From the human T2T-CHM13v2.0 reference genome, Homo sapiens: a stretch of DNA of 64,000 nucleotides. Positions 15,733 through 29,000 of this stretch are shown here, piece by piece. Made by a program: the position numbers and the translations under genes. The stretch lies in assembly GCF_009914755.1 (NCBI RefSeq), contig NC_060927.1; one strand, 5' to 3'. The first letter of the stretch is position 1; every line of letters begins with the position of its first letter. The notes under the pieces are model-generated. The model saw only the letters and a program-made list of their open reading frames with translations, was not told where the DNA came from and made no database searches.

Positions 15733-15899
15733 TATCTTAGATAAGGCAAAAATTTGAGGGTACCATTGCAGAAAAATGGAACCAAAGAAACATAACAATA
15801 AATTCATTGTATAAATATTAATTATATCCTGAGGGCAGCAGATGCAGATATAAATGACACTATTGGTACAAATAGACGAATATATATAAAGACCCTATT

Positions 15900-16200
15900 A
15901 TAGTTAATATTATTTTACCAATGCTAAATGTTGGAGATATGATAATGATATTGTGATTATATATGAGAATAATCTGGTTCCAGGCAATGCATGCAGAAGT
16001 ATTTATGGGAAAAATGCCATGACACCTTTTATTTCCTTTTAGATATTCAGCACAAAATAATAGAAAGTGTCTATGGAAACAGATAGAGCAAACTTACTAA
16101 CAATTAAAGAATCTAGGTGAAGCGTATAAAGGTATTGATTATACCATTCTTCCAATTTTCTGTAGATTTCAAATCTTTAGAAATATAATAAATTTAGCAA
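15900..16200 (+). mobile_element. L1ME 3' end
   Basis: GCAGAAGTATTTATGGG...GAATCTAGGTGAAGCGTATAAAGGTATTGATTATACCATTCTTCCAATTTTCTGTAGATTTCAAA. Confidence 0.8.
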
Positions 16201-17074
16201 AATATAAGATACAATATGATTTGCACTATCAAATGAACCTTAGAAACTTTCTAAAACTATTCAAAGGAATAAGAGATAAATTCTAGAATGAGACATTGGA
16301 GGAAGTTTCAACAAGACTGACACATTTGTACTGGGTCTCGAAAATTGGAGATTTTTTGACAGGTGGGCATAGAAGAGAAAGACACTCTAGCTATGATAAT
16401 GATATAAACCAAACATAAAATGTTAATGCACAGTATTATTATTGTTGCTATTAAAAGTAATAGTTACACCTTGCAATTAATATATTCAAGACAGTGAAGG
16501 ATTCAAAGAAAATTTAGATAAATTGTCCAGTGTCTTAAAATAATTAGTAATAGCTTTGTTCAGTTGCACTAGGTGGGAGCAATATATTATTTATACCAGA
16601 GGAATAATTTAAACTTTATCTAGGTAGACTATAACCAGCCCTCAAAGAAATCACAAATATATCATATATTAAGCATACAGAGCTAGAAGTAGTATTGAAG
16701 AGGTTAATTAGTGTTATCCAAAATTTACTATACTTATACCAAGCACAGAATCTTTTCTCCAGTGTGTATCCATCATATAAACATGATAGGTTACAGGTGC
16801 CCTTAGGGCATAATTTAGTATAAATGAATATTAGATTAATTTGCTTGAGGAGCTCAAGTAGTGCATTAAATATATTCATTAGCCCAACATGCCATTGGTA
16901 ATTTTGTGACCATCTATGAAAGAGGATTAATCTATTTATTTTTAAAGCAAAAACACTCCAATAAAGATGTAGACAGTCTAATATCTTTAAAGTTATTAGT
17001 GATACAATCTTGAAGATCTTGAATCTTAGTTATGAGGGCAAATAAGTATAGTTCAGCTGGTTTCTGAGGATGAA

Positions 17075-17285
17075 AAATCATAGTGTGTAAAAATCTAGGT
17101 TCTAGAGTCAGATAATCTGAGTTCAAATTCTAGCTCTGCAAATTTTTGCTATGTATTTTATAACACTTTTCCATCTCTAAGATAAGAATAATGACACTAA
17201 ACTCATAAAGCTGTTTAAAGGTTATATGAAGTAAAACATAGTTTCAGGCACAGATTAAGTATCCAATAGGCATTTGTAGTTATGT
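17075..17285 (+). mobile_element. MIR SINE
   Basis: TTCTAGAGTCAGATAATCTGAGTTCAAATTCTAGCTCTGC...CATCTCTAAGATAAGAATAAT...GGCACAGATTAAGTATCCAATA. Confidence 0.75.
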
Positions 17286-17319
17286 TTTATGAGCTAGCAA
17301 TTGCAACTGAATATTAAGA

Positions 17320-18295
17320 ATTATAGTAAATTTTATGACTTAAGAAATAATTATTTATTATTATATCTCATGAGTGAGGAGGGTCGGAATAGGCTAATCT
17401 CAACTGTGTTTGGCTGATATTAAATGGGCTCACCTGGGGAAACGAGCAAGTTGGCTCTGTGAACAAGACTTCTCTGAAAAGGAATTTGCAGGAAAGAGAC
17501 TTTATTCTAGTTAATAATTTGCAAACTGACTTTTTAGTGTAAAAATAAGTTGTGCTCCAGAGAACAAAGACTGGATTTGGGTTTTATAACAAAAATTTCT
17601 GCCCAGGTTCCCAATAAGTTCCACTGATGCAGATGAAATACCGAAGCTCACTTAACTCTGATTAGTGAAGGCATAAAGTTTCTGATTGGTCAATACAGCT
17701 GAGCACTCATACAGCTTAGCCCTTACAGGCCAGGGCAGATGAGTTCTGATTGGCTGGTTCCAAGCCACCAGAAGTCTTTTTTTAGATGTTTCTTTCAAAC
17801 GGAGAGGTGGAGGGCATGTGGGGGATATTCTAGCTACAGTTCGGTTTGGCACTGACAACAGAACTAATCTGGCTTGACTGTAGAAAGAGAGGTCCCGTGA
17901 TACTTTTACAATATCTTCCTGAGAACACAGACTGCGTGACTGCTCCCTCACATAGATATGGCCACCTGCTTCTGTTTTAACGTTGAGTACCTCAGTCAGC
18001 CATGGTGAGGTCATTGTGTCTTTTGGCTGGGGACATATTTTAGCAGCTCTAATACTCAATTCTTATTCTTCCCCTGTGACCAGTGAGAGAACTCAGCATT
18101 TTTTTTTTCCATGGCGATAGAAAAGCACAGAAGTCCAATTGCACAGGCGTTTTTTAAGCCTCCATCTGAATCATGCTTACTAGCATCCCATTGACCAACA
18201 CAGATCACATAATTGAGCCTATAGTCTAAGCTACACAGTAAAGGTTATGAAGACTGGGAAAGATTGGAAATTGGAGCATTTTTACAGTCTACCTA
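17320..18295 (-). mobile_element. MLT1 (I/J-like) LTR, split by a younger LTR
   Basis: Left part: GACTTAAGAAATAATTATTTATTATTATATCTCATG...GGGCTCAC. Right part: TTTTAAGCCTCC...CATCCCATTGACCAACACAGATCACAT...TTTACAGTCTACC. Confidence 0.65.
17458..18045 (-). mobile_element. ERV1-class solo LTR (MER72-like; subfamily tentative)
   Basis: TG...CA termini; perfect 4-bp TSD GCTC at 17454-17457 and 18046-18049; TTTATT poly(A) signal near the left end; repeated CTGATTGG (CCAAT) boxes. Confidence 0.85.
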
Positions 18296-18762
18296 AGGAA
18301 ATAGAGACCTATTTACACTGAGAAAGCAGACCCTTTTATAATATGTTTGGTATTTTCAAGCAGCTCACCCTCTCATAAGATTCCCAAGAGAGTTAAGCGT
18401 AAATGTCGATAACCATGGAAAGGTGATATGTCAGTAAATTCTTAGCTAGTTTTCCACACTTCTACCAATATAATGTGCACTCAGAACTCCTTTGAAAAGT
18501 ATCCGTGGGTACAGAAAGAATGATCTAATGCACAATGAAACCAACTTTTTAATGCATGGCTTCTGACTCTCTGAGTGGAGTACACAGAGACCTTCTCCAC
18601 TCCACCACAGGTACCGTTACGATGGTGAGATTGATCAGCTTCTAACTTTTCCAAATATATTAAAATTAATTGCAGTGGAAAGTGATCAAAAAAAGTTAAC
18701 TAAATTGAAAGTTGATGTAGTACTAAACATTTCTCAGAAACACAAAAGCAGATGGATCTACA

Positions 18763-19520
18763 TAGGAGTTAGCAAACTAAATCTGACCCTTAGCCTGTTT
18801 TTGCATGGCTTCCATTCTAAGGATGGTTTTTACATTTTAAAATGTTTTTAAAAATTCCACAAAATATAATGTTTGATGACATGTGAAAATTATATACAAT
18901 TCAAATTTCAATGTCTATAAATAAAGTTTTATGGTAACACAATATATTCATTTGTTTACATATCTTCCATGGCTGCTTTGCCACTATATCCGTGTTGAGT
19001 TGTTGCAACAGAGAACATCTGTTCCTCTTGTCAATTCCCACTACTGTTCAGCTCACTATAAATTGCAGTGATACAATTATAAATTAACAGTTTCCAGCAC
19101 TATGGGTATCATCATAATACATTTTATGTTATTTTTTTTAACAGTGCATGACCAACATGTCAAAAAGAGGTAAGAAGAAAAAGTGAAGTTTGAATGTCAA
19201 ACTTTAAAGACAGAGTGGAGTAATGCATCGTATATTATATATTATTATATATTATATATTACATATTTTTGTAATCAAATTGGAGGTCAAAGCATTATGT
19301 TTTTTCAATATGGAAACTATGGTTGTGCTAAAGTCAACATTACTGGAATAAACATTCATCATGACATTTTCAATGAGAAAGCAATGGTCAGATAAATTAG
19401 AAAATTTTAAATGGAGTAGCTTAACACTGTAGAATTCCTTTACAAAAAGGTAAGAGCAATATAAAAAGAAAGAAAAGAAAAAGAAGATGAAAAGTAACTT
19501 TCCAAGTGGTGCTCATGAAC
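18763..19520 (+). mobile_element. hAT-Charlie DNA transposon (MER58-type end continuing into Cheshire-like internal sequence)
   Basis: Terminal-inverted-repeat (TIR)-like TAGGAGTTAGCAAACT, then MER58 body (ATAAAGTTTTATGGTAACAC...CATGGCTGCTTT...GAGTTGTTGCAACAGAGA), then decayed transposase start. Confidence 0.8.
19157..19350 (+). pseudogene. Decayed N-terminus of a Charlie/SPIN-family (GTF2IRD2-like) hAT transposase
   Basis: ATG at 19157; frameshifted translation MSK..KVKFECQTLKTEW...YF...KALCF...TMVVLK resembles the family pattern MSKKRKxDxECRxFxxxW..YF....KAxCLIC....VxK. Confidence 0.65.
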
Positions 19521-20689
19521 AGGTTTGAGCCAGCTCCAACACACCATTGCCTATCCCGTTAAAAGTTATCATTATCAAAATCCTGAGAGTTGTAAGTTGT
19601 CTTTCACTCAGTAGGAATGGATTATGACTGATTATTTCTATTTTTAAGTTTGACTAGATGCATCTATTTCTTTATAGCCTGAAAAAAAAATGCTAAAATA
19701 GTGCTAAACATTCCTCACTTAAAAAGAGTAGCAAATAGCAAATAAGTGATCAAGTACCAGGTGTCTTAGGTTCAAGGCATGTACCAGTAAATCTCATATC
19801 AAAGTAAAGTTGTTGTAATTCCTTTTATATGTACTGTACCTAGAATAATTTCTAAAATAATATATTCAGTCATAGTTCCCCAGAAATGAATAAATTATAT
19901 ATTGAATTAATATTAAAAAATAATTGTGTTAATAATTGACTGGCTATTGCTGTGCAAAGTTTAAAGCATTCCATAGATACATTTGTTTTTGTGAACACGT
20001 GTTTTATTCCATTGCTAAGTGTGTTGTTTACAGAAGTGCTTTTTATTCATGCATAGAGAAATTGTTACATTCAGTCACTAGCTATTATAAGGTGCTTTCA
20101 AATATGATTCTAGGGTATTTGATTTGGACTACAATGGGTGAAGTAAAGGCAAGTACCAATTTTGGCAGGCTGATTCAATTATCTATCATAAATCTAGATG
20201 GTAGGACAAGGGTAAATTAACAGACTCCAGCTTTTAGGTCTGAATCAACATCTTCTCCCTTAAGTAGACTAAATTACTCAGTTTAATCTAAGATTGCAGT
20301 TGGACAGAAGATTTGTAAAGTCTGAGTCTATGACTTTATAAGGATTTCTAATGAAGATAAAAGTTAGTCTTAGGTGGTCAGAAAGCAATTATAACTAGTC
20401 AAAAGTTCTCTTAAGTTTCAGTGTTTGTTATGTATGGATAACGTAATTGAAGATAGAGATGTGCAAACTAGAATCTCTACAGGATCCAAACACGGGGCTA
20501 GACACGGGGAAACTCAAGCAACTTCCCTTACAACAGATAATAAAAATTGAAGATATTCTTGTTTATTGTTCTGACCCTTTAAACTTGTGTTCCCAAAGTT
20601 TTTTTGTTCATTATGACTATCATCCCAGACTATTTACTATTAATATCTCCTTGACTTAATTTTACACTTTGTGAGTATAATTTTATTAA

Positions 20690-20935
20690 CATCGATGTTC
20701 CGCATCCTAGCATGGTGCCTAACACAAAATAGCACCTAATAAATATTCTCAATCCATCTATGCTTTTAACAAATACTTGATAGCCTACTACATTTCAGGT
20801 GTTATGCTAGATAATGCAGATAGAGCAGTGAACAAGGAGACAAGGTCTATGAAACTCACCGTCTACTGGGAAAAAAATAATCAAACATGCTAATATACAG
20901 CATCTCTACATTCTGTAATAAGCAATATGAGGGTA
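20690..20935. mobile_element. L2 3'-end fragments, tail to tail
   Basis: CCTAGCATGGTGCCTAACACAAAATAGCACCTAATAAATATT on plus, followed by AACAAATACTTGATAGCCTACTAC...GTTATGCTAG...GCAGTGAACAAG on minus. Confidence 0.65.
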
Positions 20936-20939
20936 ATAT

Positions 20940-21495
20940 TGTAACCCACTGTATTGCCTACATGACATTGCTGAATTTCTGCACTGCCCTAACTCTGCTT
21001 CTCTTTAAGAAACAGGACACTGGCAATATAAAATTTCCCTTTGTAATCACACCAGCTGGGACTGGTTAGAACCAAGATGGCTGACTGAACAACTTAAAAA
21101 AAAAACCCTCAGACATCATTATAATCTCATTTCCATGCTACATGGCACTCCCACCAGTGCCATGACAGTTTACAATCGCCATGACAGTGATCAGAAGAGG
21201 TCATTAGAGGACAAAAAAGAAGGTGACACTCTGGTTCTGAGAATCTCACTGTCCTTTTCTGGAAAAATACATGAATATTCCTCCCCTTGCCTTAAATGCC
21301 CAACCTCTTTGTTAGAGAAAACTGTATGTTAACCCCCTCAACCCTCACTAGTCAAAAAGTTTATATGTGAGCCAAGTTCTTGCTTCTCAGTTCTGCAGCC
21401 ATCAAGTAAAGGCTGCACTGCTTGACATCCACCTTCAGTATTGCATATTGGCTTTAAAGACACCATTTGTTGGGCAACCAACTTTATCAGTAAGA
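20940..21495 (+). mobile_element. MER41-related ERV1 solo LTR
   Basis: Starts TGTAACC, ends GTAAGA (terminal CA mutated); 4-bp TSD ATAT at 20936-20939 and 21496-21499; MER41 hallmark CACTCCCACCAGTGCCATGACAGTTTACAA. Confidence 0.8.
21235..21265 (+). promoter_or_regulatory. Tandem GAS/STAT-like motifs in the MER41-related LTR
   Basis: TTCTGAGAA (21235-21243, fits TTCN3GAA) and TTCTGGAAA (21257-21265, imperfect), at the position of the MER41B STAT1 pair. Confidence 0.5.
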
Positions 21496-21920
21496 ATATA
21501 ATAGGATGTAGTCTTTGAGTTGATTTCTGAAGGAGTAGAATAATCCATACAAATAGGTACGTATTATTAAGCCTCTTACCTTGTTTTTCCTGAGGAAATT
21601 GTCCTAAATGTCCAATGGTAAATAAATCTGTAAGTTATGAGCTGTAGATCACACTCAGATGATTCTCTCTTTTATCTACTACAGAGCGTATTTTCTACTT
21701 ACTATAGGTATACCCAAAGATACTACTGGGCTTAGGGAAGATACAGGTTTTCCATTGCCAGAAGCTTGGGTAATTTGAAAGCTTCTCTTTGGATCACTTC
21801 TCTCAGTGATCCAAAATTGCAAATATAAGATTAATAGACACTCCTCCCAGGGTTTTGCAAGAATCTTTTGAAATCGGGGGCACTAAAACATATTTTTCAT
21901 TTGTTTCATGGAGAATCATT

Positions 21921-22104
21921 GAGATTGCCAGATTTAGAAAATAAAATACAGAAAGACTAGTTAAATTTAAATTTCAAATGAGCAAAGAATAATTTTTAGC
22001 ATTAGTATGTCCCAAATAGTGTATGGAACATGCTTATATGTGAAAAAAAGTGTTGTTTATCTGAAATTCAAGTTTATCTGGCTGTCTGGTATTTACTGTC
22101 AATT
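21921..22104. mobile_element. MER53 palindromic DNA-transposon MITE
   Basis: TTGCCAGATTTAGAAAATAAAATACAG...AGTATGTCCCA...TGTTTATCTGAAATTCAAGTTTA...GTATTTACTGTCAA. Confidence 0.9.
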
Positions 22105-22214
22105 TGATGGGGAGTTAGGAAATCCCCATATTGCCAAGGTGGCAGAGGTGGGGAACTGAACGTAGAAACAACACCTAAACTGCATTAGTGGGAATAGGAG
22201 AGATTAGAGAAGAA

Positions 22215-22510
22215 CCTTGTTTTGAATGACTTTTCTGCATAGGTCTTTCATATTTCTGTACATCTAAGGATAAATACTTAGTTTGCTCCAGACTGTTTTT
22301 TTTTCAAAGATTTTCATATAAACAAATATCCTTGAAAGATAGAGATGCTTCCCTCCCTAGAGCTGATTTTCTTATATTCTAGGCTAATAATGTCTCTCTC
22401 CAGAGAAGAATGATGGATAAGTTTTGACAGGATCCTCTTCTATAATAGTGGTGCTTGCTAATATTGGTGCTCTTCTCCTGTATCATGGCCTCACTCACTA
22501 ACCATCTGTT
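22215..22510 (+). mobile_element. ERVL LTR remnant (MER54/MER73/MER74-like)
   Basis: CCTTGAAAGATAGAGATG...CCCTCC...ATAATGTCTCTCTCCAGAG...CTCCTGTA motifs; diverged. Confidence 0.45.
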
Positions 22511-22628
22511 GCTAGAGTATTAAATGAATATTGCTTGGCATACCACAAAAAATCTTTCCCAAACTCAATCCTTTAAAATTCCCCTAATACACTAATTTGT
22601 GCTGTAATAAAGCCAAACTTTGTGTATA

Positions 22629-22668
22629 ACACACACACACACTCACGCACACATACACTTGCACACAC
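22629..22668. repeat. (CA)n, degenerate
   Basis: Directly visible. Confidence 0.85.
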
Positions 22669-24899
22669 TGCCACTGCTGCTAAGAAATATCTTGACTTTG
22701 CTGCAGTCATTTTTATTTCCCTTTATTGAGCAGTCTAGAACAATAAAATACACATACCTCATAGCAACAAAAATTCAGATGCCTTGATTTCAGAAACTGA
22801 CAGCTTGGCAGATGGTGTAGGTTATTTTGGATTTTTATAGGCTTTTTGTGTATAAGTCGTGTGTCACATACTAGATAAATAGCACAAGGTCAGATGCGTA
22901 TTATAAATTTTTGAAGTCCCAGTACTAGCACTGTAAATTATATTTGATAAATGTTTATTGCTCAGACATTTGAGTGTGCCCTTCTTCTGTACTGTAATAT
23001 TTGGCAACTTGCTCCAATGTTAAAAACTTGTTTAATTTCTCCCTAAAATGGCTTGTCTCAAGCACTCCAACACAAAAAGCATATGCCTAAGAGGAGAAAC
23101 TCGTTTATTTGCTTGGTCGTCTTTTGAATTTCTTGCAACTTTCCATGTACAGGGTACTTTCAGCACACTTCTTTTAAGAGAGGGTTGCTCTTGGAAGAGA
23201 CACTGAAAGGCTTTCCTTTACCTGCTCTTCCCTAAGTCTCTCCCAACAGACAGGCTCTTAAACTCTGAAGAGTATACCAAGTGTCCTGTTCCAAGAAGTT
23301 CACCTGGGGTAAGGTAGATCATACATTTTCCAGGCATCTAAAAGGTAAACAACCCAAAGACCAAATCACCTTCTCTCACTCTCTTCCATTTGTTTACCAA
23401 TGACTCTTTCATATGTGGTCTGTTAACTTTCTACTCCAAGAAAAAAAGCACAATGAGGCAATCACACTGAACATATCAGCACCAGAGAACACAACTACCT
23501 TACTTGTGCTCCCCAAGACCCTGTGTTTTTTGCTTTACTAAGATACTATGGTTTTTCTTTTTTTTAAATCAATCAATCAATTTGCCTGTCACTGAAGTCA
23601 TTAGTTTTAAATTTGTCATCATGGAATATCATCTTTTACAAAGCAAATATCATCACCCTTTGATGGTCAGTCACTGTATCTGACAGTGAAAAAATAGGAA
23701 GATATTGTTTATTCCAGCTCTTTGTAATTTAGCCTTAAGACTGGCTCTCATTTAAAGATTTAGCATTGCTCAGCAAATGGATCTTTCAGAAAAATCACAA
23801 TATTTTATAACACAGTTGAATGTATTAAGCCAAGTTTAATGATCATAAGTCATATATTTTTTTCCATAACCTTTTGGTTTACACTTGCAATTGAACCCAA
23901 CCTCAATTTCATTATCAGCAGCTTTCCTATACTGTATTCAGCTCTTTCATTTATTTTGCAATTGTTGAAATAAAAAAAATTAAGATGTTTGACTTAACAA
24001 AAAGCATAGCTGAAATGTAAACAGAGAAAAAATCAGTTTGACACGTGGTGGTATACAGCCTTTTTTACTGTAGTAAATGTTGTTCTTTATATTACCCAAA
24101 GTATTTATTCTGTAGCATTATTGCCCAAGGATTTATGCACTGTGCCATAAGACAAACAAATCAAGCAGGATGGCTCAGGGACCATATTCCATCCATGCCA
24201 AAAGATTTAAATAAGTAAATAAAGAATAAATAGTTCCACTTACCATTCCAAATCTGGCTGGAAGTACACAGGGAGTATTCATTAGCTCACAGAGCTGAGG
24301 TAGGAAGTAGAATACCAGAAGGTCAAAAACAGATTTCACATAGAGTGGAATTTGCCAAAGGTCAGTGTTTCTTATGCTTAGTAGAAATGGACCTAACATA
24401 ATTTATATAAAAAAACAAATTCTGCAAACAAACTATGTATTTTTTCTTCTTTGCTTTACTTTGAAAGAAGAAGAATAATACACGAGTTCTAAAAAATGAA
24501 CATATGGGTCTTTAGTTTCACCCCATGCTTATCTAAAGTAGAATTTATTCCTTAATTTTAAATCATACATTTTCCTTCAGAATTTTATGGTTATGGTACA
24601 TGAAACTGAGAGTGGCATGTGTTACCTCTAGTACAAATGTTCACTTATGATTTTTTTTATTTTTAAAACCAAATTCCAACTATTTTTAAAAATTATTTTA
24701 TTATTAGTTTCTGATACAATTAAGCAATCTAATATAACACATTTTTTTCCTGCTTTGAGGAATGTTCTTTCCATCCTTTATGTTTACAACAGATGGAAAG
24801 GGTTATATGTGTAGTTACTTTTTAAGTATTTGTATGTGTTCCAATGATTTCAGAAACTTTCCGGTAAAAAAAAGTTTGCTTATTTCAGCATCTTTCTCC

Positions 24900-25979
24900 T
24901 ATTTGCCTAGAAAACACAAAAAAGTGATAAAGAATAAGAAAAACAACAACCAAAGAGGAAAAAAAATCCTGAAAAATCAATTCTAAAAAAGTAATAAGGG
25001 TACAAATAAAATCTTCAGACTCCACAATAAACAAAAGACTACCAATAATGTGACATGTGACTCAAATCTTGAGGAAGGAGTAAAATACAGAATTAGGAAA
25101 GTAAGTGACAGAGTCCAGCTATATCATATCTCACAGAGGACCAGGAATTGAATACTTTCTGAATGGAAGGACCTCATCCATAGTACAAAATACACGTGTC
25201 ATTTGCAATAATGGGTGCAGAAACCAGAATGGTCAGGGCTGACGGCAGAAGAACTTTTGAACCAGATTTACTTCAGGAAGCAAAATTGGGGGATTTCCCA
25301 AAGAAATCACAGACAATGAAAATCTACCTGCAGATGTGAAGAAGTAGCAAGCAAGGCCACTGTGGCCTCAGCACACGCATACAGAGAAATCTCTTGAAAA
25401 TTGCTACTTCATAAAATTGTTCTTGCTTAATCATGGAAAAGAAAATAAAAGTAACATGGCCATAATCAACAAAAGTGTGATAAGAAAACGTGTGTGAATG
25501 TAAATGAGCATCAAATTTTACCAGCAAATGAAGAGCATTGACTAGAAATTGTTGCCAAGCAGCAAGTGACGGTAATCAAACATTTGCAATCAAATAGACA
25601 ACTGAGCAAAACAAAATATAATTAAGTCCACCCTCGATAAAGAAAAAACAAAATTCAGAAACATAAAATTTGTAGGAGAGCAATAATGACAATAATTACA
25701 GAAAAAGATAAAATATTAGAAGTATCCAATAAAGAACAGGAAAATCACTAACATAAAGATTGAATTTGAAGGTGCACAAGAATGAAAAAAAAATGTACAG
25801 GAAATTTATGAAAACTGTAGTAATAAGTGATTAAAAAAATAAAGACCAAAAACAATACAAAAAATTATCCAACTCAATAAGATAAAAAAATACGCAAAAC
25901 AGCAAGCAAATAAAATGAATTAAAGAAAAATTTTAAAATAACAGATATAAACAGCAACTGATCTTTGGGAGAGAGGTAA

Positions 25980-26014
<35 letters not shown>

Positions 26015-29000
26015 CACATACACACACACACATATATACACAAACACATATGAGAGAGATACTTTTGTGTATATATAAAATGATATAATAATTCACTAGC
26101 CACCCTAATGAAGACAAACATGGAGTGAGCTCAAAAACACAAATTATTTTGAGGAAATAATCACAAGGAACATTCACAAATCTAATTTTTTGTATGCAAA
26201 TAGACTTCTTAAATACCTAGGTAAATAGATATCAAGATATATCATATAAGATATATAAGAGACAAACACACTAGCTTTTTGCAGAATGAGACTGTTACCA
26301 AAGAACATATACTCCTCAAAAAGCACCTAGCCCAGTCAAATCCATGGGATAACACATCCTTTTCAACTAAAGAATTTTTATGCAACATAAACTGTTAAGA
26401 GAATATAAAAAGATGAAACATTTCTAGATGATTTATAAAAACAAACTTTCATAAATCACTGATTTTATACTTCACAAAGATTATACAAAATAGAAAACCA
26501 CACTGTCACTAATAAATGGTTTTTTAATTCCTAAATAAATTTTAGTATAGAAATTTAATAGCACATTAAAAATAATGCATTAGGTAAGTATGAATTATTC
26601 CAGGAATAGAAGCATAGTTTAATATGAGGAAATCTATTAATATAATGTGTCGTTAGATACATGGAGACAAATTGTGCCATCATTTCATAGATGCTGTTAT
26701 AACACAAAATGTTGCATTGAGAACACGGACTATACAAATCATGCAAAAATATTTCATGTTTCAAAGCATTCAGGGAACTGCTATGCTCAGGAGCTAAAAT
26801 ATATACATTTTGGAGAAATATGAGACTATCAGACTGGGTTCCATAAAATGTCCCTTTTCTTCTAGGAGCATGTATTTTTGTTTCAGCTTGAACAGACAGG
26901 ATTTTATTGAGTAATGTATGTGGAGACATTAATCACACAAAGGAGTCATTTTCATTTATGAAATTCTCCTTTTCATAATCCCATTAATTGAACAGCTTAC
27001 ATGACTTTCAAAACCACAAGGCTCCATAAATTCATATATCCCAGACTTATTTATTATAAATAATCTGGAAAAATGTGGTGTGTCCTACTAAAAACATTTG
27101 ATTGAAAAATATCCTTCATAGTCTTTTTGCTAGCAAATAGCATTAGCATTTTCACCAGGAGGACTGTGTAGTGGTCATTAGCTTCTTTGTGAGGGTATTT
27201 GATTGGAATAATTTATACCTCTGTGGGGTCCTAGTAGAGAGGGAGGGGCTGTAGGCCTGCTATTTGCAATTATCTACATAGGCACTAAAATGACACTTAC
27301 AACATTCACCAACTTTTATCAACAGATAAATTATTAAGAGAAATAATTTTGAAGTAAGGAAATTAGAAAAAATATAAAGGCAAATAAATGACCCATTGGG
27401 AAAAAAAAAAGACATATCTCTGGAAAATAAAAAGAGATACAACCATAAAACTAAATAAGAAAAATAATTTTTATACTTAAATTGTAATCTACATGTGTTT
27501 CAAAATAGAGCATATGAAAATGCACCTCTTATAGCACTAGCCAAAGATAATATACTTAGAAATAAAATTATCTATAAATATAAGATCTATATTATCTTAT
27601 TTTTGTAGAAGTAAACTTTAATAGACACATTTAGAAAACAAATACTCCAACACACACACACACACACAAATATTGAGCAAATAAAAAAATAAATCCAGAT
27701 AAACTCCATTTAATTAATTCAAGGTAAAATATCCACTGTTATTTTCTCTGTAAATTCATTTAAATATTTAATATCCCTATAAAAATACAAACAGATTTTT
27801 TTAGAATTGAATTATTTGAAGTTAATATTTACATACAAAAATAACAAAGTGTAAATCATGGAAAAAAATCTCTGAATAAAAAAGTGAATGATAGAGGATT
27901 TTTTGTACCAGATATTAAATCATTTTATCAAGACTTAAGTATTAAATCAGCGTGCTAATATTTCATGAATAGCTTCATACATTAAAAAACAATATAAAGT
28001 TCAAAATAGACCAAATGCAAATTAACCAATAAAACTGGGATGTGAAATCAGTGGAGAAAAAGATGGAACATTCAATGAATCCTACTTGTAATCCCGAGTA
28101 GCTATCCACAAAACAAACAAAAACACAAAATAAAAATTGATATATTTCACCTCATATTTGTGGATAAATTACAAATGGATGAGTGAAGTGACGTAAATGA
28201 AAATCATTAGCATTAAAATATTAGAAAACATGGAGGAAAATATTTTATAAACCTAGATTAAGCAAAGCTGCTGTAACTATGATAAGAGTTAAAAAAAAGT
28301 AATTACTGAATAAGAAAATGAATAAAGTAAGAATGTGAATGACAAACAGGTAAAATTATTAACAATGCCATCCACAAACATAGACAAATCTCCACACTAC
28401 ATATCCTACTATTAATTTAGATAAATATGAATAAAAGAAATGAATAGAACAAAAATGAATGTTTCAAACAAATAAGTTCACTTTGTTCTTAAAATAATGA
28501 AAATATGCCTATCTTTATTCTTCTTAAGAGAAATACAAATTAAAATGATATTGAGACACTACTTTTACCTTTCAGTTTGGCAAAAATCCAAGTTTGTAAA
28601 CACAGTCAGTTGATGAGGTGTTTGGAAATGGACAATTTATAGCTGATCAGAATGTAAATAGTTATACTCCAAATTAAGACAACTTAGAAATACATATTAA
28701 ATTTAAAATTACTCATACCTTTAACTCTGCAATTTCATAAAGGAATTTGTTTTATAGATACATAGAAACATGAAAGAAATATGATGTGTACCAATTTTAC
28801 TATTTGAAACAACTGTAATGACAAATTATAAAAAAATCAACTTGATCAAGTTAAAAAGGAGAGTACTTTCATTTAACACAATAGCGTGGAGAAAGATAAA
28901 TCTTTCCGTGTACTAAAAAGGAGATATCTTAAATATATCACAGAGTGTTATATTTTGTGTAAAATAGGGGAAGATACTTTCTTCATATTTGCTTATATAA

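Noticed and set aside
17652-18059. 135-aa ORF on the minus strand
   Set aside because: It lies almost wholly within a solo LTR, has a non-ATG start, and shows no recognisable domain.
26555-26929. 124-aa ORF on the minus strand
   Set aside because: It runs antisense across an L1 remnant and an insert junction; composition is not protein-like.
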